A program made the position numbers and the translations under genes. A stretch of DNA of 64,000 bases from Pirellulales bacterium (lineage in GTDB: Bacteria > Planctomycetota > Planctomycetia > Pirellulales > PALSA-1355): positions 2,752,001 through 2,816,000 of the forward strand of contig CAVTBU010000005.1 of assembly GCA_963733035.1 (NCBI GenBank), read 5' to 3'. Shown here piece after piece: positions 9,476 through 17,754 of this stretch (positions are counted from its first letter, which is position 1; the number at the start of each line of letters is the position of its first letter). Under the pieces are notes generated by a model, which did no database searches, was not told the DNA's origin, and saw only the letters and a program-made list of their open reading frames with translations.

Positions 9476-10339
9476 CTACTTATCGAACCATTTCGTGAGC
9501 ATCCGCTTCGTGGCGGCGCGGCCCATGCGGCCGATGGAGGTGGTCAGCGGGATGCTCTTGGGGCAAACGGCGACGCAGTTTTGAGCGTTGCCGCAAATCT
9601 GGATGCCGCCCGCCTCCATCAGCGCATCGGTCCGCTCGTCGGCGTTGAGCTTGCCAGTGGGGTGCAGGTTGTAGTAGGCCGTCTGGCTGATGGCGTGCGC
9701 GCCGACAAAGTTCACGTCGTAAGTGGCATTTTCGCGGGCATGGAAAGCGGCATCACTTTCGCCAGGCGCCCGGGCCATTTCCAGATGCGCGTACTGCGGG
9801 CACGCGTCGAGGCAGCAGCCGCAACTCATACACTCACTCAGTGGGTAGGCTTGCTCCTGCTGTTCTTGCGATTGCCGCGGACCAGGGCCCATGTTGTAGT
9901 AGCCGTCGACCGGGATCCAGGCGTTCACTTTTTCGAGCGCCCGGAACAGCCGGCGCCGATTGACGCACAAGTCGCGGATGACCGGAAACTTGCTCATCGG
10001 CTGGAGTTCGATTTCGTCGGGTTTTTCCTCGAGCAGCCGATCGACCAGGGCCGAGCAGGCCTGACGCACGCGGCCGTTGATGATCATCGTGCAACTGCCG
10101 CAGACTTCCTCCAGGCAGTTGGCGTCGTATGCGACCGGCGTCACGTGCAGCCCTTCGATCGTCTCGGATTGGGCCGCGATTCGCTGCAGCACGCTGGTGA
10201 CGTTCATGTCGGGCTCGTAGTCGAGCCGATGCCGCTCCCAGTAGCTGGCCGAGTCCGGGTTGTCCTGCCGCAGCACGCGCACCTCGAACGTTCGCTGGCC
10301 GTGAGTGTGTGCGTGTCCGTTATGATTCGATTCGTTCAT
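9476..10339 (-). CDS. sdhB: Succinate dehydrogenase iron-sulfur subunit
   Basis: NCLEEVCGSC..RQAC [2Fe-2S], CMSCGCCLDACP [4Fe-4S], CGNAQNCVAVCP [3Fe-4S]. Confidence 0.95.
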   Translation of the reverse strand: MNESNHNGHAHTHGQRTFEVRVLRQDNPDSASYWERHRLDYEPDMNVTSVLQRIAAQSETIEGLHVTPVAYDANCLEEVCGSCTMIINGRVRQACSALVDRLLEEKPDEIELQPMSKFPVIRDLCVNRRRLFRALEKVNAWIPVDGYYNMGPGPRQSQEQQEQAYPLSECMSCGCCLDACPQYAHLEMARAPGESDAAFHARENATYDVNFVGAHAISQTAYYNLHPTGKLNADERTDALMEAGGIQICGNAQNCVAVCPKSIPLTTSIGRMGRAATKRMLTKWFDK

Positions 10340-10432
10340 CACTCGAACTGCTCGTTTGCTCTAGTTAAGGCCTTCACTGGGCCCATTCATTAGTTTTGCC
10401 TCGAACGCCCGATCTAGCCGCATGAACTCCCG

Positions 10433-12437
10433 CTAGTGAACGCCGGCCGGCTTTTGCGCTGCTTTGGTCGGGGCATTTCCGTTGCCGCCGGCCGTGCTGG
10501 CCTTGGCTGCCTGGCGACCTCTCCACACTTCCTCGATGATCTCCGCCCCGACCAGCCCATACAGTCGCGGGCGCGGCGGAATGAGCGAGGTATCGACGTC
10601 TTCATAGCTCAATTCCACCTCGCCGTCAGGCTTCACCTTGGCAATGGTGCTCTTGAGCCACTTGGCCGTGTTGGCTTCGAAGCGGTCGCACCACAGTTCG
10701 GCTTCGCGGCGATGTTCGGCTGGATCGGTGGCTTCCAAACCCGGCATGGAAAACTCCGGCTTGAAATGTGCGCCGCGGCACTCGTCGCGGGCGATGGCCC
10801 CCATCAAGATGGCCTTGGCCAGCGGGAACATATCGCGCAGTGCCTTGGTGAACACGACGTTCTGATTCGTCCAGTTGCCGGTGTCCGACAATGAACAGCG
10901 CTTGGACCGTTCGGCCAATTCACTCACCTGGCCGAGGGCCTCTTTGAGCGAGCTATTGTGACGCACCACGGTGGCCGCCTTGGTCATCGCGTTGCCGAGC
11001 TCTTGATGTAACAGGTATGGATTCTCACCACCCGACGGGCGACGCAGGAGTTGATCGTGATCGGCCTGCTTCTCGGCGACGGCCGTCTCGTACAGCGCCT
11101 CGTCCGCCGGCTGCGACTTGCCTTTCAGCACGTTGACCACGCTCGGGGCGACCATCAGTCCGCTGAAAATGCAACTCAACAGCGAATTGGCGCCCAGGCG
11201 ATTGGCACCGTGATACTGATAGTCACACTCGCCAATCGCGTACAGATTCGGAATGCTTGTCCGCTGATTGCGGGGCGAACCAATGACCAGACCGCCCGAG
11301 GCGCTCTTCTCGTAGTCGACCCACAATCCGCCCATCGAGTAGTGGACGGCCGGGAAAATCTTCATCGGCACTTCGCGGGGATCGACCCCCTGGAACTTCT
11401 CGTAGATATGCAGAATTCCGCCGAGCTTGATGTCGAGCACGTGGCGCGGAATGTGCGTCAGGTCGAGATACACGCACAAGCGGTCCTTCTCGACGCTTAG
11501 GCCGTCCTCGGTGCACACGCTGAAGATCTCGCGCGTAGCGATGTCTCGGGGCACGAGGTTGCCGTATTTCGGATAGCGCTCTTCAAGGAAGTAATACCGC
11601 TCGTTCTCGGGAATCTGCTTGGGCGGGCGCGGGTCCTGAGGAGTTCGCGGCACCCACACGCGGCCCCCTTCGCCACGAGCACTTTCGCTCATTAGCCGCA
11701 ATTTGTCGGCACCAGGAATGGCCGTCGGATGCACCTGGATGAACTCGGGATTACCGTACTTGGCCCCGGCCTGAAACGTGCGGCTGGCGGCGCTGCCGGT
11801 GCAGACCATCGACATCGTCGAGCGGCCGTAGATCAACCCGCAACCGCCGGAGGCGATGATCACGGCGCTGGCCGGGAAGGCGCGAATCTCCATCGTGACC
11901 AGATCCTGGCCGACCACGCCCCGGCAGACGCCGTCCGCGTCGAGGATTGGGCCGAGGTAGTCCCACGCCTCATGAATCTTGACCTGGCCCGAGACACTCC
12001 AACGGCGCACCTGATCGTCGAGAGCATAGAGCAGTTGCTGGCCGGTGGTGGCGCCGGCAAATGCCGTCCGCTTGAACAGCGTGCCGCCAAAGCGGCGCTG
12101 GTCGCGAAAGCCCTCGGGTGTGCGATTGAACGGTACGCCCAGGCGGTCCATCAGGTCGATGATCTTGGGGGCCCAGTCGGCCATTTCCTTGACCGGCGGC
12201 TGATGTTGCAGGAAGTCGCCGCCGTAGACCGTGTCGTCAAAGTGCAGGTATTCGCTATCGCCTTGCTGACGTGTGACCTCGTTGACGCTATTGATGCCGC
12301 CTTGCGCAGACGCTGTGCGAGCGCTTGACGGGAGTCAGGCTCATCAGGTCGACATGAACGCCCTGTTCGGCCAACTTCATGGTGGCGGACAATCCGGCCA
12401 AGCCACCTCCGACGATCATCACACGCTGCTCTGCCAT
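10433..12437 (-). CDS. sdhA: Succinate dehydrogenase flavoprotein subunit; apparent 2-nt deletion at about 12305
   Basis: N-terminal IVGGGLAG and KRSHSVC(AQGGIN) are in a different frame from the 583-aa ORF, which carries QVHPT, SESARGEG, HYSMGG, HGANRLGANSL and ECRGAH. Adding GC at about 12305 restores the FAD-His motif. Confidence 0.93.
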
Positions 12438-12476
12438 GGCATAACGCTCGATTCGAAACTTAGGTTGATCCGTGTG

Positions 12477-13295
12477 CTAGTCCTGTGAGGCCGATTCGCC
12501 GCCTGCATCAGACGCCGGTTCTTCGAGAACTTGAATGGCCTGTCGTGGCGCCTCCATGGCATTCTCGATTTTCTCGGCCTGCTCGACGTCGACGAAACTG
12601 AAACCGGACAAGGCGGTGATGCCCACGACGGTCAGGAAAAGTCCCATAAACACGCTTACCCAACTTGCCCTTCGCTGCGCCGCGGCGCTGGTCCAGATGC
12701 CCCAGGTAATGCCCTGCGTCCAGAGTCCGTTGGAAAAATGGTAGATCGCAGAAAGCATTCCCACGAGGTAGATGGCTTTCACCCAGAGTGGCTTGAGAGC
12801 CATCGCCGCGCTGCTGGCGGCATGTTCGGGATCGAATTGCGCGCCGAACTTGTGGCCGTCGATTTCCGCGAACGGCGCCCCAAATAAGTGGTGCAGCTGC
12901 ACCACGTGGAACACGATGAACACGAAGGCGATGATGCCCGTGGCACGCTGCAGCGTGTAGCGAATGTTGCTGGCGTAGGCGTACGAACTAGTGTTTGGCA
13001 TCGCCCCGGCGATAATCAACCAGCCGACCGCCGCATGGAACGTCAGGGGAATGAAAATAAAGGTCCACTCGACGATCCAAAGCGCCTTGCCCAGCGAGTG
13101 GATGCGGTCGACGTTCTCCTGAAACGCCGACACGCCGTTGATCACCGAGGCGTTGGTCAGTAAGTGCACAACCATGTAGGCCCCGATTGGCACGAGGCCC
13201 GCCAGTGAGAACAGGCGGTAAATCACAAACTGGTGGCGAACCAGGAAAGATGGCTCGGCGACGGTAGGCGAAGCGGGGGCGGACGTGGTTTCCAC
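12477..13295 (-). CDS. sdhC: Succinate dehydrogenase cytochrome b558 subunit (Bacillus-type single diheme anchor)
   Basis: Five TM helices with four candidate heme His residues (VVHLL, TFHAA, VFHVV, IYHFSNGLW), LQRATG, directly upstream of sdhA; GTG start. Confidence 0.9.
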   Translation of the reverse strand: METTSAPASPTVAEPSFLVRHQFVIYRLFSLAGLVPIGAYMVVHLLTNASVINGVSAFQENVDRIHSLGKALWIVEWTFIFIPLTFHAAVGWLIIAGAMPNTSSYAYASNIRYTLQRATGIIAFVFIVFHVVQLHHLFGAPFAEIDGHKFGAQFDPEHAASSAAMALKPLWVKAIYLVGMLSAIYHFSNGLWTQGITWGIWTSAAAQRRASWVSVFMGLFLTVVGITALSGFSFVDVEQAEKIENAMEAPRQAIQVLEEPASDAGGESASQD

Positions 13296-13721
13296 GGGGA
13301 TCTTCCTGCGGCGGGCCCCAAGCGGCCCAAAACGGGGTCGGTCAGAGCGAGCGAAAGTGAGAAATAGTCAGCACTTTGCGTAAGTATAGAGGTGCTCCGG
13401 CCGGTTACAAGCCGCGATTGACGCCGCCGCGCCGACCGAGTGCCTCTCTCTGCAAATTCTTCGCACAGTGGCCGCCCGATTCGATTCCTCCAGCAGGGGA
13501 CCTTGATCGAATTTTGGAGCCGAATTCATCGAAACTGCCGATTCGGACTCCGCTTTCAACCGGTAGGCACGCGAATCTCCTCCCCGGCAACCGGCCCCCT
13601 CGCAAGCTATGTTTCAAATGTGCGACGGCGCGGGGTCGCACAACGACTCGAGCCCGCCGCAACTTTTTCCCGAACCACCTCGACCGTCACTCACGTCGTG
13701 TCGGTCCCGAGTCACCAACTC

Positions 13722-14744
13722 ATGCAAAATTGCCCTTGGCTCTCGGAGCTTGCCCGCAAATTTCCGCGGATTTCTTCCGCCCAGGAGATGCCCTGGGAGG
13801 GACGATTTCACCTGGTCATGGTCATTTCGACGGTCCTGATCGTCGGCATCTCGCTGTGCGGTTACCATTTCTGCCGGCTGAGCCTGTCGATTCCGCAAGC
13901 GATACCCATGTTGATCGTGCTCGCGCTCGTGCTGGCCGGCGCGGCCCAGTACCGCTGGCGCAACGAACGGAAATGTTTTCACGTGGTGATGATGGTGTTT
14001 TGGATCATCCTGGTTACCAACAGCCACTATTTCCCGATGTACATGGCCGCGCGGCAAGACGTACCCATGAACGACGCGTGGCTGGCGCGGTTTGATCAGG
14101 CAATGGGAATCGAGGTGCCGATGGTCCGCGGCGCAATGGGACACTATCCGGCACTGTCTGCCTTCATGCTCTGGATCTATCTGACGCTAATTCCGCTGAT
14201 GACCGTGGCGGCTATCCTGCCGCCGCTGGTGAACCGGATGGACCTCTCCAAGGGCTTCGTGATCGGTTGCATCGTGGCGGCGACCATCTCGCTGCCGATC
14301 TTCGCGTGTGTTCAGGCCGTGGGCCCTTGGGAATACTACGGTTTCGAGCCGCCGATTGCCTCGCTGGGGCAGAAGGCGGGCATGCTCCAGACGTTGAAGA
14401 CCGACACGACGTTCGTGATTGACGTCAACAATCGCGACGGCCTGATTACGTTCCCCTCGTTTCACGTCGTGCTTACGGTATTGGCCGCAGCCGCCCTGTG
14501 GCCCATGCGGTGGTTGCGCTGGCCGGTTGTGATTTGGGCGGCACTGATCGTGGTATCGACCGTGGCCACGGGCATCCACTACGCCATCGACGTGGTAGGC
14601 GGATTGCTGGTCGCCGGGCTGGCCTATGCGGCGGGCCGCGCGTACTTGCGTTGGGAAGCCGGCGCGATTCGTTGCCCCTCGGTAAGCCCCCAGCCAGCGA
14701 CCGCCGGACGTTTAGGCCTGGGCCCAGACGGCGCGGCGGGATGA
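13722..14744 (+). CDS. PAP2/Aur1-like membrane phosphatase or phosphotransferase
   Basis: Multi-TM protein with ITFPSFHV and STVATGIHYAIDVVGG motifs; start uncertain (13722 or 13788). Confidence 0.8.
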   Translation: MQNCPWLSELARKFPRISSAQEMPWEGRFHLVMVISTVLIVGISLCGYHFCRLSLSIPQAIPMLIVLALVLAGAAQYRWRNERKCFHVVMMVFWIILVTNSHYFPMYMAARQDVPMNDAWLARFDQAMGIEVPMVRGAMGHYPALSAFMLWIYLTLIPLMTVAAILPPLVNRMDLSKGFVIGCIVAATISLPIFACVQAVGPWEYYGFEPPIASLGQKAGMLQTLKTDTTFVIDVNNRDGLITFPSFHVVLTVLAAAALWPMRWLRWPVVIWAALIVVSTVATGIHYAIDVVGGLLVAGLAYAAGRAYLRWEAGAIRCPSVSPQPATAGRLGLGPDGAAG

Positions 14745-15027
14745 ATCTCGAGATTCGTCCCGGCGCTCAGGTCGCTACTTTCGCGGGCGAGCTCTGCCTA
14801 AATGGCAGGGTCTGCGGCTGCCCCTGGATTTTGCAGACCCCGCAGTTTATCTGGGAACGGATTGCAGTCTATGATATAAGTGGCCGCGGAGTAATGCCTT
14901 ACGGTAGGCTCCCAGGGGTGCTTTCGATGCGACTTACCTAACTGGTATTTAAGTTGCATTAGGGTGAGTTGCGGAATCGCCATGTCATTCAGGGCATGGC
15001 GCCGCTTGCCGACGAGTGTGGTGTGCC

Positions 15028-15453
15028 ATGCGACTTGAGCTCCCATCGCTGTTGATCACCGACGACGATCTCGACTTTCGCGAGACGTTGTGCGCCGTGT
15101 TCGAGCCTCGATACCGCACGATCCTGGCCAGCAATGGCGAGGAGGCGCTCAATATCGTTCGCCGGCAAGAAGTCCACCTGTTGCTCCTGGACATGCACAT
15201 GCCGCGGCTTACCGGTCTGGAAACCATGCAGCGGGTCAAGCAGTTCAAGTCGCGGCTGCCGTGTATTCTCATCTCCGCCGGGCTGGACGAAGCCTTGGAG
15301 CGCCAAGCTCGACTGGCCGAAGCCTTTTCCGTCTTGGCGAAACCGGTCACGCGCCGCCAATTGACCAGCACGGTGGAGGCCGCCATGCGGCGCATCTACG
15401 GTTGGGAGTGCCCCGACGAAGGGCCCGCTCACCCGCTCGGCGGCGAGAGTTAG
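15028..15453 (+). CDS. Single-domain response regulator (receiver)
   Basis: LITDDD, LLLDMHMPRLTG (phospho-Asp), ILIS, LAKPV. Confidence 0.9.
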   Translation: MRLELPSLLITDDDLDFRETLCAVFEPRYRTILASNGEEALNIVRRQEVHLLLLDMHMPRLTGLETMQRVKQFKSRLPCILISAGLDEALERQARLAEAFSVLAKPVTRRQLTSTVEAAMRRIYGWECPDEGPAHPLGGES

Positions 15454-15517
15454 ACGCCGCAATTGTCGCGTCCATTGCTGGCGTATCCCTTAGGGCAGCG
15501 ACTAGGATGTGGGCGTC

Positions 15518-16519
15518 ATGACGATCGATGCCGACATCCCGCTGATTGACGTCGAACCCCTCGTCTCCGGTTCGAGCGCCCGCCAGGACGTTGCTCGGCG
15601 GTTGGGCGAAGCTTGCCGCGAGCATGGCTTTTTCTACATCGTTGGCCATGGGGTTGATGACCAGCTTGGCCAGCGGCTGGAAACGCTCAGCCGCGAGTTC
15701 TTCGCACAGTCGGTCGACGAAAAGATGCGAATCAATATGGCCCTTGGCGGCCGTGCCTGGCGGGGCTACTTTCGCGTCGGCGACGAGCTGACCAGCGGCC
15801 AGCCCGATCAAAAAGAGGGCCTCTACTTCGGGCAAGAGCTTGCCGACGATCATCCCGCGGTCGTGGCTCATACACCGCTGCACGGACGCAACCTCTGGCC
15901 CGATGTCCCGGGCTTTCGCGAAGCGGTGCTCGCCTACATGGCGGCGCTCACCGAGGTGGGACATCACCTGATGACCGGGCTGTCGCTGAGCCTGGGCCTG
16001 GAGCCGTCTTATTTCGCCGATCGATATACGCGCGATCCGCTGGTGCTGTTTCGCATTTTCAACTATCCCTATTCGCCCGCACGCGATTCGTGCCGGCAGC
16101 AGTGGGGCGTCGGCGAGCATACGGACTACGGCGTGCTGACCATCCTGCGGCAGGACGACACGGGCGGATTGCAGGTCAAGAGCCGCAACCGCTGGATCGA
16201 CGCGCCGCCGATTCCCGGTTCGTTCATCTGCAATATTGGCGACATGCTCGACCGCATGACTCGAGGCATCTATCGCTCGACGCCGCATCGGGTGATCAGT
16301 TCGGCCCGCCGCGACCGCCTGTCGTTCCCCTTGTTTTTCGACCCGAACTTCAACGCCGAAGTCCATGCGATCGATGGGCTTGCCGACCAGCCGATACCAG
16401 ACGACCGCCAGGACAGGTGGGACAAGGCGAGCGTGCACGAGCTGAGCGGCAGCTACGGCGACTACCTGCTGGGCAAAGTCTCGAAGGTGTTTCCGCAGTT
16501 GCAACGCGAGGTGCTGTAG
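15518..16519 (+). CDS. Isopenicillin N synthase-family 2OG-Fe(II) dioxygenase
   Basis: IPLIDV, ACREHGFFYIVGHG, HTD...H iron triad (EHTDYG, TPHRV), RLS 2OG-binding motif. Confidence 0.92.
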   Translation: MTIDADIPLIDVEPLVSGSSARQDVARRLGEACREHGFFYIVGHGVDDQLGQRLETLSREFFAQSVDEKMRINMALGGRAWRGYFRVGDELTSGQPDQKEGLYFGQELADDHPAVVAHTPLHGRNLWPDVPGFREAVLAYMAALTEVGHHLMTGLSLSLGLEPSYFADRYTRDPLVLFRIFNYPYSPARDSCRQQWGVGEHTDYGVLTILRQDDTGGLQVKSRNRWIDAPPIPGSFICNIGDMLDRMTRGIYRSTPHRVISSARRDRLSFPLFFDPNFNAEVHAIDGLADQPIPDDRQDRWDKASVHELSGSYGDYLLGKVSKVFPQLQREVL

Positions 16520-16548
16520 CGGTTGTCGCGCGACTTTGTATTGCGTGT

Positions 16549-17079
16549 CTAGTTCTCGGCCGGCAATTTGAACAGGCACCAGGCATACGGCGCCGACGCT
16601 TCGAACTCCGCCGGCGGGCGATCCCGAAAGTGCTCGCGCCCGGCGTGCGGTTTGACGTCGCGCACCATCGCCGCGGTCACGCCGGGCGGCCAGTTCGGAA
16701 AATCCACGGCGTTGCCCGTCACGTAGGGGAGCCGCCTGCCGTCGTTAAGCACCACGGTGAAGATGGTATATCCCATGCCCGACTCGCCGGCTTCGTACAG
16801 GCGATTGGCCAACTTCGCTGGCAGCCTGTGTGGGCTTTCAGAGATCGAAGCAACATCTTCGATGCGGACCCAGGTCTTGCCTTTGTCATCCCAAGGCCAG
16901 ACACCCCAGCCGTTTTTGTACGCTGTGGCCTCGACAACGTAGACCCGCTCGAGCAGGCGGCCATCCGTCGTCTTCACGGCGCACGGCCGGTACTCGACGA
17001 TGCCGTCGGTGGCCGGCTCAACTTGTTGAAGTTGAGCGAAGAGGTCCTTGCTGATTCGGACAATCGAGGTTTCCTCCAT
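16549..17079 (-). CDS. Hypothetical protein
   Basis: 176-aa ORF with globular, protein-like composition and GGAGAGGGA upstream; no recognised motif. Confidence 0.7.
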   Translation of the reverse strand: MEETSIVRISKDLFAQLQQVEPATDGIVEYRPCAVKTTDGRLLERVYVVEATAYKNGWGVWPWDDKGKTWVRIEDVASISESPHRLPAKLANRLYEAGESGMGYTIFTVVLNDGRRLPYVTGNAVDFPNWPPGVTAAMVRDVKPHAGREHFRDRPPAEFEASAPYAWCLFKLPAEN

Positions 17080-17301
17080 CCGTCCCTCTCCAATCCCGAC
17101 GATAACTATTTCGCCGCGGATTTCACTGCCGACAGGTCCGTCATCACGCGGCCATTGGCGCGGAACCGCCCCCGATTTTAAACTCGAAGCGGATCGTGCC
17201 GCTGGGGTCGAGATGCGAATCCGCAGGTCATCGCAGTTGCGTTCGTCCGGCGCACTTGCGGGTCGATAACTTTGTCGCCGATTGCAAGGCGCGTTTGCCG
17301 T

Positions 17302-17754
17302 TCAGTAGCTTGCGAGTGGATCGGGCCCGTAGTTGTTATCTCCCAGCGTTCCCCGCAGACACCCGACTTCGACGAATTGCCATATCGGACCGATAATCGG
17401 AATGAAGTTGATCAGGATCCAGAAGCCGGACTTATCACGGTCGTGCCAGCGCTTGATTTGCGCTGCCAATGAGATCCACAGAAACAAGACGACGCAAGGA
17501 ATCACCAACATCCTGGCCAGGGACTCCTCAGGGAGGCTTACGTCGAGAATCACGATGGCCATGAAATACAGGACTGACGTTGGTAGCATCAGCATCCAGT
17601 AACGTGCCCGGTTGATCCGGCCCTTGAACGAAAACATTAGCCACGCGAGATTCTGATTGTAGTCAACCGTGGCGACCCGGTCGAAACTACCTCGCGGTGC
17701 CTGGTACGGATTCTGTGGCGCCGCACTATGAAGATCGTCGGGTGGGGACGTCAT
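17302..17754 (-). CDS. DUF805 family membrane protein
   Basis: FSFKGRINRARYW, KRWHDRDKSGFW, GDNNYGPDP. Confidence 0.9.
   Translation of the reverse strand: MTSPPDDLHSAAPQNPYQAPRGSFDRVATVDYNQNLAWLMFSFKGRINRARYWMLMLPTSVLYFMAIVILDVSLPEESLARMLVIPCVVLFLWISLAAQIKRWHDRDKSGFWILINFIPIIGPIWQFVEVGCLRGTLGDNNYGPDPLASY

Noticed and set aside
10433..12437. sdhA as a true pseudogene or programmed frameshift
   Set aside because: All catalytic motifs are intact, sdhB and sdhC are intact, there is no slippery heptamer, and the lesion type matches six other frameshifts in the window.
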